DNA of 64,000 nucleotides, taken from assembly GCA_964016885.1 (NCBI GenBank), contig OZ024757.1, positions 36,394,001-36,458,000 of the forward strand. Reading direction: 5' to 3'. The notes under the pieces were generated by a model. It saw only the letters and a list, made by a program, of their open reading frames with translations. It was not told the DNA's origin and searched no databases. A program made the position numbers and the translations under genes. Within the stretch, counting starts at the first letter, position 1. Every line of letters begins with the position of its first letter. Below are positions 49,031-61,593 of this stretch, piece by piece. The DNA is from Eledone cirrhosa (Eukaryota).

Positions 49031-51617
49031 TATATATGTAATCTGAGTTTTTCGAATATTAATAATAACATTCGATTCGTTTGCAAACAAGCCTCAATTT
49101 TATAGCCGTATCAGGAGAATGAACACTTCATTCTTGCTCTTATGTTGGCATGCGAACAGAACTGCAGACACTAATTTTTCTGGGTATCACCCTTCATCAG
49201 TACAGCTCACTGTTCACCTGCCAACTGTCAGAGCTAGTGAAAATATATGTTATTTTCAACTTTATATATATGTATGTAAAAGGTAAACAGAAATAACAAC
49301 ACAATCGGTACAGTATATGGAAGGTATATATTAGATTAACCTTTGATAGCAGGAAGAGGGTCTTAACGTTTCGGAATATATATAAAACTGAGGATGTCTG
49401 TATGAGTTTGAATCGCTAAAACTCGAGAAGCATCCAACCGACTGTTTTCAAACTTTACACGTGTAATACTTATGAGTCTCATTTATGATGCGGTTTTAGT
49501 CATTTCAGTAATTGATGATGCCATTTCAGAGTCAATTTAGTTATTCATGACTACTGCGTAAAATACTAGGGGTGGTGGTGGGTTATCTCTGTGAAATACA
49601 AAACATTTCTTTGCTTCATTCCTTTCCCTTTTTTATTAGAGAATTTTGGGTGTTAGAGTAATGATGGTAGTAGTAATAAATGTAAGAAATTATTATGTTG
49701 CAGTGCGTTACTGGTACTTTATTTAATCGACCCAGTAAGGCAATAATGATGATGATTCCTATATTAGCCACTCAGAGCTCACACTAAGAACACATTAAGG
49801 ACGGTACAATGTAAGTTTTAGCATGTAAAAAGGTTTTAACAAAAACAAGGAAACAGAAAAACATGTTAAAAAATTCAAACAAAATAAATTCCTCAATATA
49901 GGAAACTTCTGATGGTCACTCGTGGGGAAAGCCCGCAAAAAACCACGATCACCCTGACCACTAGGGCAAGAGTGCCTCCCTCCCCCAATCTACAGGCGTA
50001 CACTCAGAACAGGTCCAATTACACGGGCCATGCTTGACACTCTCACCCATCTTTCACAAACTGATTGGAAGGTAGCATTTCTCTCTCCACCCTGATTTTC
50101 CTCTGCAAGTGAAACCTGAAAAAGTCTATCAGGGCTTCACTGAAGAGGAAAGCGCTTGTCTTCAACCCTTTCAGACGTGTCCACCACATGTCCTCCTTCG
50201 CCATGGCCACCAGGCAGAGAAAAACTATCTGTCCTCTCCGACCAAAGGAAGGCGGCGAGGCAATCTTCATGATGGTAGTAGTAATAAATGTAAGAAATTA
50301 TTATGTTGTAGTAGTAGTAAGAAATTATTAGTGGTTGTGATGGTAGTAGTAGTAGTAATAAGACATTATTAGTGGTAGTAATAGTAGTAAGAAATGCAAA
50401 ACATTATTTGTGGTGGTGGTAGTAGTAATTTTAAAACTATTATTGGTGGTAGTAGTAATGTTAGTGGCAATAGTAGTATGAAATTATTAGTGGTAACCAC
50501 AATATAGGGAACCTATTTGTAAAATGACCCATTTAGAACTCCTCCCCTCCTTCAGCTGTCCTCCATACTTCTGCCCCTCCCCTCAGGTAGGCTTGGGGTG
50601 TGTGGTTCCTAAAGACATTCTGTATCATTGGAAACTGGCTTATCTATCTTTTATTGGTTGGTTGTTGTTATCTACAAGACTACTCTTGTAGCCATCATCA
50701 TCATGATCACCCTCATCATCACCACCATCACCTCCAACACCATCATCATCACCACCTCCAACATCAACACCACCATCACCTCCAACACCACCATCATCAT
50801 CACCTCCAAGACCATCATCATTATTTCCAGCATAGTTACGTCCCGAGTTCAAATCCCGCTGAGGTTAACTTTGCCTTTCATCCTTACGGGGTCGATAAAA
50901 TAAAGTACCAGTAATGTACTGGGTAATTGCTGGCCTTGTGCCAAAAGTAGAAACAATTATTGTAATCCCCACTGTCATCATCTCCAACATCATTAACACT
51001 GAAAATCCTGTCGAAGTTAACTTTGCCTTTCATCTTTACGGGGTCGATAAAATGAAGTACCAGTAATACACTGGGTATTTGCTGGCCTTGTGCCAAAAGT
51101 AGAAACAATTATTAATATTCTAAAAACTCAGATTACATTTATTGTATTGAGCCATGTAGAGCAGAATTGTTTTTTTTTTCTTTTGAATATTGCAAAGCCT
51201 GCGATTGATCGCTCATATACAGGAAAGTGACTGATCAGTCTGCTGATATACAAATCTGGCTGATCAGTGGATCTGCTAATATGCAGATCTGACTGATCAG
51301 CCAGTCTGCTGATATACAAATCTGGCTGATCAGTGGATCTGCTAATATGCAGATCTGACTGATCAGCCAGTCTGCTGATATACAAATCAGTCAGTGTATA
51401 TTTTAGAAAATATTATATATTTTCAATAGCTCTGACAGTTGGCAGGTGAACAGTGAACTGTACTGATGAAGGGTGATACCCAGAAAAATTAGTGTCTGCA
51501 GTTCTGTTTACATGCCAACACAAGAGCAAGCTTTAAAAATGAGGCTTGTTTGCTCAATTTCAAACAAATCGAATATTATTATAAATATTCGAAAAACTCA
51601 GATTACATTTATATATA
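49031..51617. repeat. ~200-bp inverted repeat pair (49031-49249 / 51414-51617), each arm with a hammerhead-like motif
   Basis: gaactgta-CTGATGA-agggtgataccca-GAAA-aattagtg-TC-tgcagttc at 51455-51504; reverse copy at 49159-49208. Confidence 0.8.
49750..50270 (-). pseudogene. Tx1 LINE 3' fragment
   Basis: VFLCLVAMAKEDMWWTRLKGL...RKIRVERE, homologous to the end of 40152-41615. Confidence 0.85.
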
Positions 51618-51637
51618 TGTGTGTGTGTGCATATATA

Positions 51638-51710
51638 CAAGGTGTCCCAAAAATGTATACACACTTTTATTAGAATGCTCCTGTAATATGTATACAATTT
51701 TGGGTGACAC
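51638..51710. mobile_element. Tiny Tc1/mariner-like MITE
   Basis: caaggtgtcccaaaaatgtatac ... gtatacaattttgggtgacac, in TA context. Confidence 0.5.
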
Positions 51711-53049
51711 TATATATATATATGTGTAATGTCTGTGTAAACTGTTAATTATCTTAATTTAAACATAGAGAAATTGACACCAAACCAACAATTGAATTAG
51801 AGTAAGAGATGTCTCACTCCATCTTCACTGTTTATATATCCGCTACCACTCCAAAATGTCTCCAGACATGTTTCTCTGAAGTATATCGATAAAGTTAGTC
51901 TCTTGCCAGCCGAGAAAAAGTTCTCAGTACCCACTAGTAAGATGGTAATAAGCTGGTAGTATTGGTTGGTGCTATGACAAATGTACCCAGTACACCCTAT
52001 AAGGAAATAGTACTGGTAGCATGACAAAAAAAGCACCCAGTAAGGTGGTGCCATGAGAAAAATTTCCCGGTATCCACTGGTAAGATGGTGCCATGACAAA
52101 ATGTACCCAGTACACCCTATAAGGAAAAAGCACCCAGTCCACCCTGTAAGGTGGTGCCATGAGCAAAATTTCCCGGTACCCACTGGTAAGATGGTATTGC
52201 TGGTGCCATGACAAAATGACTAACCAAATAGGCAGTTTCTCAACAGTATAATTGAAATATCTCACATGTTCACAAATATGACTGGAAGACCATGCAAACT
52301 CTACATCCCAGACAACCAAACCCAATACCAACCTTCCAGGATCTACCCACTTCCTGTTAACTTAAAATCTTCAGGGCCACCACTATCAATGTTTGAAAGA
52401 TGAAAGAGAGATCATGTGATATTTTAGAGTTATCTGAATGAAAGCAAGTGGATATGTTACGTACAAGAAACCAGTTGGAGAGGACCATCAACCAGGTTCA
52501 TTATGGACAAGAAACGTTTTTGTACAAGTTCTTCTAGATAGATAATGATGTAGGACTGTGAGGTGTAGGTATCCTGCTAACAGAAAAATGGGTAATTGAC
52601 ATGGTGAGGGTAAATGATAGTCATTAAGCTTAGACGACTGCAACAATCATCTCTGCATATTCACCACAATCAGGATGGACAGACCACTTTTATGAGACCC
52701 TTATGCTGACAACCTCTTTAACAAGCAAGACTGACATTGTAATCACGGCTGACAATTTCAATCGTCAATGTTGTGAAGGCTTCCTTGGTGTCTATGAAGG
52801 CTTTTGATTCAGCACAAGAAATGCAGAGGGATCAGGGTTCATAGTGTTTTGTCATGGTAATGGTCTGACTATCTGAAACTTAAACTTAAAAAAACCAGCC
52901 AACTACATCTAATCTAGGGCTTTCTAACTCCTGTTGGAGGAACCCCTCCCCAGTTGATCTACACTACTTCCTGTTTGGTTTTGATCATCTCAGAAATGTA
53001 CCCGTATTCGCTACTCTTGGTCAATTGCATATGAAATGCACCCAATAAA

Positions 53050-53710
53050 GTGGTTGTTGATAGGAAGGGCATCTTTGCTGTAAATACCATGCCTAAAGAG
53101 AGTTATTTCCCCTACATGGGATTTTTTTAATTGACCTCCGGTTTTTTTTTGGGTGGAAGGGTATTGTTTGTAATGTTTTCTTTATCGTAAATTCATTTTA
53201 AACATTCCTATATAGAGGAAGAATTTTAAAGACGTACTTATATTTATATTTAACCACTATATACATTTTCTTCTAAACTAAACCTTCTTAGCTAAATTTA
53301 AGATATAAAAAATAGACATCATAACTGAACCATTAGATGACCATACAACTATGTTATTACTGAGGATAAGAGCTACATCACTAAAGAGGAAAGGTTTCTT
53401 CCTGTATAGAGGAGGTAGTAAGGTGGTTGTTGATAGGAAGGGCATCTTTGCTGTAAATACCATGCCTAAAAAGAGTTGAGAGTTATTTCCCCTACATGGG
53501 ATTTTTTTAATTGACCTCCGGTATTTTGGGGGTTGGGGGGTATTGTGTGTAATGTTTTCTTTATCGTAAATTCATTTTAAACATTCCTATATAGAGGAAG
53601 AATTTTAGAGACGTACTTACATTTATATTTAACCACTATATACATTTTCTTCTAAACTAAACCTTAGCTAAATTTAAGATATAAAAAATAGACATCATAA
53701 CTAAACCATT
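53050..53710. repeat. ~285-bp direct duplication separated by an 87-bp inverted copy of 53965-54051
   Basis: Copies at 53050-53334 and 53423-53710; insert at 53335-53421. Confidence 0.9.
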
Positions 53711-54201
53711 TTCTCTATATATATGAACACACACATAAAGGTACATCGTCTATTCTAAGAAACTAAACTAAGCCATTTTGACACTATATGCATACATTCT
53801 AAGATATATAACTCAAGCTTCTCTCTACACACATACTGTTATCTCTCTATAAACCTTATCATTTTGGATATTTTATGCATGTAAAATTTTATTTGCTTAG
53901 TATATTAGGCTTTCTTAAATACATTCTAAACCTTGCAGATATTCTTGAGACTAAAAAATACGTTTTACTACCTCCCCTATACAGGAAGAAACCTTTCCTC
54001 TTTAGTGATGTAGCTCTTATCCTCAGTAATAACATAGTTGTATGGTCATCTACTGGTCTCTAAATCTGGGAACATCACTCATTCAAAATCATTTCTACAG
54101 CTGAGTGATCTGGAACAACGTGAAATGAAGTGTCTCAAGAACACAACACAAAGCTCGGTGTGAGAATTGAACTCACGATTGTAAAGTCCGACTTCACGTA
54201 A

Positions 54202-54390
54202 ACACTTTGCACATGCGCATTAGAAAAAAATAAAATGGCTGCTGGAAGAACTTCATGTTTTCCAACCTGAATAAAAAACGTGGATTTTACTATTTTACGG
54301 AGGTAAAGTAAAGTTTTGTTTTATGTTTATTTCCCTCCATAATGTCAGCAATAACTATGTAGACGATAGTTTTGTTTAGCTACTGCCACA
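54202..54390 (+). promoter_or_regulatory. Promoter/first-exon-like module (inverted paralog at 61330-61598)
   Basis: NRF1-like tgcacatgcgca, YY1-like aaaatggc, donor cggag|GTAAAG at 54303. Confidence 0.45.
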
Positions 54391-55174
54391 GATCCATGTA
54401 GTATTGTATTTCTAATTTAGCGTATTTCTTTTTATTATTATTCAAGTTGGTAAATAATATATTTCAAGTGCATTTCTAAACTTTGCACTTTTGACAGATC
54501 TATACGTTTCGGAACTTGTATCCCTGCTGCCCTCAATATATACATACACACGTATGTATGTGCATAAGTATATATATATATATACACACATTCGTAATAA
54601 AATTCTAATTACTAAAATCTAAGGTTTGCGTCTTATTTCCAGAAACAGATCTACCTGTAATATATATGTTACCAGCTTGACATAAGTATATTTATTTCCA
54701 TAAAAATGGGGATCGACTTGAGTGTCAGGTGGGACCCAATGCAGGACGAGCTGCCCTGAAAAGGGCATGGCTAGCCCCCCCCCCCCCCCACACACACACA
54801 CAGAGGAACCAAACTCCCACTGTCATCGCCCCCGGTTCTCTCACTCTTATGAGCAAATGGAGTCCTTTGCGCTGGCCGCCCTTGTGGACAGAATACGTTT
54901 CCACAGAGGATGCCCTGGAAGAGCCGTTCCAGCGCGCGAGGCTCAGTGCCTATAATGTATATATATAAGTTTAGTAATAATAATAAATGTGAAGACTAAA
55001 ATCCGAAGAGGACTCGATAAGGATAATATATATATATCAAATATATAAAAACCGTAGAGTTTCAGAAGATCCCGTTAAGCTTATATATATGTACATGTAT
55101 GTCTTCCTAATAAATGTAGCGGTCCTGGCGTCAGTATGGAGGTAAGTAATCTATATTTTTAATTATTCATTAAA

Positions 55175-55425
55175 GAAAAAAATATAAACGAAATGAATGG
55201 AGGTAATTGGTTCGGAATAGAGATTTTCATGAGAAAATTGTTAGTGCGTTGGTCTCAAGACGATATTTCTAATGAATATAATTTCATAATTTATAGAGAA
55301 AAAAATGGTTCAGAGGTCGAATCCCTCATCGTCACAATACCACCAATGCGCTAATAATTTTCTTGTAAAAATATCTTTACTCAGAACCCCAAATTACCTC
55401 CCTTCGTTTCGTTTATATTTTTTTT
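55175..55425. repeat. Imperfect palindrome
   Basis: aaaaaaatataaacgaaatgaatggaggtaatt... / ...aattacctcccttcgtttcgtttatatttttt. Confidence 0.75.
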
Positions 55426-55485
55426 AAACAAAAATTGTGAAAAGTACCCATAAGTATGTGTTTGGAACTCAGTAGAATTGCGGCC

Positions 55486-55637
55486 TTCGAGGTGGCGCGC
55501 GAGCTGCGTCTCGGATCGCCGGTCCCAGTGACTGACGTTCGTTTCGTAGTGGCGTGCGACTGCTAAAAGGGCCTGGGACTGTCTGGGCCGGTACGTAGAT
55601 ACCTGGCCCGTCCCAGACCACCTCGGAGAATCTTTTT
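55486..55637 (+). ncRNA. Candidate structured GC/CpG-rich small RNA ending in T5
   Basis: Terminal stem ttcgaggtgg/ccacctcgga, internal stems, TTTTT at 55633-55637; no family recognised. Confidence 0.3.
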
Positions 55638-55729
55638 ACTAAAAAAATCCTCGATTATCTCCCCTTGGATTTTACCTCCCTTGATTTTAAGAATTCATTT
55701 TGTAATTTAGATTTCTCAGAAACATATTC

Positions 55730-57530
55730 TTGACTTTTCAAAAACACTAGTTTCATATAGATTTTATTTTCGACTCTTCAAAAACACTCATTTCATATAG
55801 ATTTTATTTTCGACTTTTCAAAAACACTCATTTCATATAGATTTTATTTTCGACTTTTCAAAAACACCCATTTCATATAGATTTTATTTTCGACTTTTCA
55901 AAAACACCCATTTCATATAGATTTTATTTTCGACCTTTCAAAAACACCCATTTCATATAGATTTTTTTTTTCGACTTTTCAAAAACACCCGTTTCATATA
56001 GATTTTTTTTTGACACTTTCAAAAACACACTTTTCATATAGATTTTTTTTTCGACTTTTCAAAAACACACTTTTCATATAGATTTTTTTTTCGACTTTTC
56101 AAAAACACTCATTTCATATGGATTTTTTTTTCGACTTTTCAAAATCACACATTTCATATGGATTTTTTTTTCGACTTTTCAAAAACACCCATTTCATATA
56201 GATTTTTTTTTCGACTTTTCAAAAACACCCGTTTCATATAGATTTTTTTTTTGACTTTTCAAAAACACTCATTTCATATGGATTTTATTTTCGACTTTTC
56301 AAAAACACCCGTTTCATATAGATTTTTTTTTCGACTTTTCAAAAACACCCATTTCATATAGATTTTATTTTCGACCTTTCAAAAACACCCATTTCATATA
56401 GATTTTTTTTTTCGACTTTTCAAAAACACCCGTTTCATATAGATTTTTTTTTGACACTTTCAAAAACACACTTTTCATATAGATTTTTTTTTCGACTTTT
56501 CAAAAACACACTTTTCATATAGATTTTTTTTTCGACTTTTCAAAAACACACTTTTCATATAGATTTTTTTTTCGACTTTTCAAAAACACTCATTTCATAT
56601 GGATTTTTTTTTCGACTTTTCAAAAACACCCATTTCATATAGATTTTTTTTTCGACTTTTCAAAAACACCCGTTTCATATAGATTTTTTTTTTGACTTTT
56701 CAAAAACACTCATTTCATATGGATTTTTTTTTCGACTTTTCAAAAACACCCATTTCATATAGATTTTTTTTTCGACTTTTCAAAAACACCCGTTTCATAT
56801 AGATTTTTTTTTCGACTTTTCAAAAACACTCATTTCATATAGATTTTTTTTTTGACTTTTCAAAAACACTCATTTCATATGGATTTTTTTTTCGACTTTT
56901 CAAAAACACCCATTTCATATAGATTTTTTTTTCGACTTTTCAAAAACACCCGTTTCATATAGATTTTTTTTTCGACTTTTCAAAAACACTCATTTCATAT
57001 AGATTTTTTTTTTCGAATTTTCAAAAACACCCGTTTCGTATAGATTTTTTTTTCGACTTTTCAAAAACACTCATTTCATATAGATTTTTTTTTTGACTTT
57101 TCAAAAACACTCATTTCATATGGATTTTTTTTTCGACTTTTCAAAAACACCCATTTCATATAGATTTTTTTTTCGACTTTTCAAAAACACCCATTTCATA
57201 TAGATTTTTTTTTCGAATTTTCAAAAACACCCGTTTCGTATAGATTTTTTTTTCGACTTTTCAAAAACACTCATTTCATATAGATTTTTTTTTTCGACTT
57301 TTCAAAAACACACTTTTCATATAGATTTTTTTTTCGACTTTTCAAAAACACTCATTTCATATAGATTTTTTTTTTGACACTTTCAAAAACACTCATTTCA
57401 TATGGATTTTTTTTCGATTTTTCAAAAACACTCATTTCATATAGATTTTTTTTTCGACTTTTCAAAAACACCCGTCTCATATAGATTTTTTTTTTGACAC
57501 TTTCAAAAACACTCTTTTCATATAGATTTT
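55730..57530. repeat. ~40-bp satellite, about 45 copies
   Basis: Unit cgacttttcaaaaacac(c/t)catttcatat(a/g)gattttttttt. Confidence 0.97.
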
Positions 57531-59154
57531 TCACTCTAATTTGAGATTTTTTTAGACACTTCATTGAGATTCTTAGTTTCTACATTTAGATTCTTAATTT
57601 CTTTTTAGACACTTCATTTAGATTCTTAATTTCTTTTTAAACACTTCATTTACATTCTTATTCTTCAAGGGAGAGAACTCTGTATAAACATGAGTTCTCT
57701 CCCTTTATTAAAAAAATTTTGAGTTACTCCCCCTTTAATAAGAAAAGAGAAAAAAAAAAAACAAACCGTCTTTCAATGAGTTAATTCTTTCTTGTATTAG
57801 GATGTATACTGAGCGACAGTCAGGACTTCTTTCGATGACAAGAGCCATTTATAACTCGTATATAATATGTAAAGAATTCTTTAACAGAAACTTTTCTTGT
57901 CAAAATAAACTGAACACAACTCGTATTTAGAGTGTAAAGATTTCTTTATTAACAAAAACTTTATTCATACAATTCGTAAATAATATTTAAACATTTCTTT
58001 TATTAACAGACACTTCATCGCTGTTCAGGAAACTCGGACTTGTAAATACTTTCACAATCAAAACCTTCTTTCAGTGGTTGCAGCAAACAACACAGCATCT
58101 GACCGAGAAGGCTGGACATCTGTAAGAAAGATGAAAAACTATGAAAGTTATTTATATACATTGTCAATAAAATAAATGTTAAACTTTATAAAATTCTTAA
58201 GATGTATACATAATAAAATATATATTTAAATATGTTGTCAATAAAAACAAATTAAACTTTAACAAATTCTTCAGACTTTGTCTTTTACTATAAATATATA
58301 TGTATAAGTACAGAAGAGAGGAAAACCTGTTCCTACGTTGGGTACATTAAATGAGACGGCCTACCCCGACCAAATGGGATGTGTGTGCAGCGACGGTTAC
58401 TGCGTTGAGCCAGGTGTGCTCGTGGTCAAACTGGCGAACCAACCTGTCCGGGTGGCATCAAAGACGCCGAGCTGGTTCTATGTCACGTAGGTTAAAAGTT
58501 AAGCGTTCATATATATATATATACCTAGAAACAAAACACTCTATTAAATGAACAAACGAAAGGGAAAGGGGGGACAGACATTACACCCAAGTCTGAGCCA
58601 TGACGCACAGACGAAAGGGGAAAGGAATTACTGGGGACAATGGCCAGAGACATCCGTTACAACAGCCAACCCCCCACATCAAGTGGGGCCACTGTCTTTC
58701 CGGGTGTGAGAGGTGGATTCTCACAGCTGACATGGAACGAAGAATCCAGTCATTCGAGCACAAGTCCTTCAGGCTGTACTGGTGGCACCCCAACGACAGG
58801 CTTAACCAGTGGCACATCTAGGGTACCACCCCAACGACGGGCTGTACTAGTGTGGGACCCCAACCAATAGCAGCACCAGTTACCAGGGAACATGTTGACA
58901 AAGTCCTTCAAAATAAATTTACAACAAAACACGAGGATATCATGAAAAGAACAAATATATTTAACAACTTAAATAAAAAATAAACTACGTTAAATTTTAT
59001 TTCATTATATTCACACACATACATTTTATTTCATTATATACACACACATATATGACTGGTGGTCATCGATCTGTCCAGCTAGTCATGAAAGAATTATACA
59101 TCTCCTATATATTTTGTCGGGGGGGGGGGGGGTATGTTTTGCTTTATGTTATAC

Positions 59155-59390
59155 ATAAAACAATTCGCTCTCTGATTAGTTGCGCTATTATTTTTTCTGT
59201 GACCTTCATGACCTGGTCGATTAATTTGATGCCTCTATAGTTACTCCTATCGAGGACATCTCCTTTACCCTTGTAGCAGTTAATGATGATGCTGCTACAC
59301 CAGTCCTTCGGAACGACCCCATTCGGTATGACTTGGTTTACTATCCGGGTGACCATAGTGTATCCCACCATTCCAGCCGTCTTCATATCT
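59155..59390 (-). pseudogene. RTE reverse transcriptase fragment
   Basis: VPKDWCSSIIINCYKGKGD...NYRGIKL. Confidence 0.85.
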
Positions 59391-59879
59391 TTGATTGCCT
59401 TACTTATTATAAATATATGTGTATATATTTAAATATATACATGTACGAACATACAAGTATATTATATTTATATATACACATATGTATGTATATATATATA
59501 TACGACTATGTTCAAGAAGTATATCGAGGGTCTTTAGACATCATATATATACATTAAAATATATACCTATAGAAATGTATATATAATACATTAGAAGTGT
59601 ATATATATACCTATAAAAGTGTATATATACGTATAGAAATATATATATTATAAGTGTATATACCTATAAAAGTGTATATATATAAATTAGTGAAATCTGT
59701 GGAGTTATATTATAAACAAACGAGGTGTTGTATTATAACTATATATATATATCAGTGAGATTTGTGGAGGTGTTGAATCATAAGTATTAGTGAGATCTGT
59801 GGAGTTGTATTATAAACGACACCAACACATGAAGTATATATATACACAAGTTTATATATATAGTGATCAGTAGAGGTGT

Positions 59880-61372
59880 TATAATATAAACACCAGCACG
59901 TGAAGGTGTCACCGTAGCTAAACTATCGTTTAAATATTTATTCCTGACATTGTATATAAGTGTATATATACCTACAGTAGTGTATATATACCTATAGTAG
60001 TATATATATATATATATTAGTGAGATCTCTGTTGTATATAAACACCCAAACGTGGAGATGCCACCGTAGTTAAACTATCGTTTAAATATTTATTCATGAC
60101 ATTGTATATAAGTGTATATATAATACATCAGAAGTATATATATATATATATATATACCTATAGTAGTGTATATATATACCTATAGTGTATATATAATACA
60201 TCAGAAGTATATATAATACATCAGTAGTGTATATATCTAAAGTAGTGTATATGTATATATATAACGAAGGAAATGTGGTAAGGAACCAGGTGGACCATAA
60301 CGCACCAAAGTACTCAATACTTGGGGTAGTAGAGTGGGTAATAGGAACCAGTAAGACCCCGACAGCTGAGCTCAAGCCGTTTCGACGGCTAATTCTGCAG
60401 AATTAGCCGTCGAAACGGCTTGAGCTCAGCTGTCGGGGTCTTACTGGTTCCTATATATATATATATATATGTGTATATATACCTATAGTAGTATATAAAC
60501 AAACAAACGTGGAGGTGTCACCGTAGCTAAACTATCGTTTAAATATTTATTCCTGACATTGTATATATACCTATAGTAGTATATATATATATATTAGTGA
60601 GATCTCTGTTGTATATAAACAAACAAACGTGGAGGTGTCACCGTAGCTAAACTATCGTTTAAATATTTATTCCTGACATTGTATATAAGTGTATATATAC
60701 CTATAGTAGTGTATATATACCTATAGTAGTATATATATATATATATTAGTGAGATCTCTGTTGTATATAAACACCCAAACGTGGAGGTATCACCGTAGCT
60801 AAACTATCGTTTAAATATTTATTCATGACATTGTATATAAGTGTATATATAATACATCAGAAGTATATATACCTATAGTAGTGTATATATATACCTATAG
60901 TGTATATATAATACATCAGTAGTATATATATCTAAAGTAGTGTATATATATACCTACAGTAGTGTATATATATATATATATACATATACCTATAGTAGTA
61001 TATAAACAAACAAACGTGGAGGTGTCACCGTAGCTAAACTATCGTTTAAATAATTATTCCTGACATTGTATATAAGTGTATATATACTTATAGTAGTGTA
61101 TATATACCTATAGTAGTATATATATATATATTAGTGAGATCTCTGTTGTATATAAACAAACAAACGTGGAGGTGTCACCGTAGCTAAACTATCGTTTAAA
61201 TAATTATTCCTGACATTGTATATAAGTGTATACATAATATATTAGAAGTATATACCTAAAGCAGTGTATATAATATATCAGTAGTATATATATTACTAAC
61301 ATCAGTGCGGGTGTTGTATTGTAAACAAACGTGTCGCCGTAGCTAAACTGTCGTTTAAATAATTATTCGTGA
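59880..61372. repeat. Irregular tandem repeat (8 copies of a core) interleaved with TA-rich spacers
   Basis: Core ccgtagctaaactatcgtttaaata near 59912, 60064, 60521, 60641, 60794, 61027, 61178, 61337. Confidence 0.88.
60341..60454. repeat. 114-bp perfect palindrome centred on CTGCAG
   Basis: Arms are exact reverse complements. Confidence 0.95.
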
Positions 61373-61593
61373 CAAAATACAGGGAAATAAAGAGAAAATG
61401 TTTCAATAAAACTCTTCAACATAAAATAAAACTTTAGTTTACCTCCGTAAAAATGGTAAAATCCGAGTTTTTAACGTTTTTTATTCAGCTTAGGAAACAT
61501 CGACTTTTTCCAACGGCCATTTTAGCTTTACTATAAACATAGTTACTTCAATTACGCATGCGCAAAAATTTGGTCTTCAAAGCGCATGCGCAA

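Noticed and set aside
50600-50914. His-rich ORF
   Set aside because: (CAT/CAC)n repeat running into a SINE
52369-52383. ttcagggccacca, resembling the 3' half of a histone stem-loop
   Set aside because: 5' arm absent; lies within decayed RTE sequence
55520-55580. HDV-like ribozyme (GGTCCCAG...GCTAA...TGGGAC)
   Set aside because: No P3/L3 pyrimidine loop or P1/P1.1 could be built in the required order
55730-57530. 40-bp array as a CRISPR array or iterons
   Set aside because: No spacers; ordinary tandem satellite
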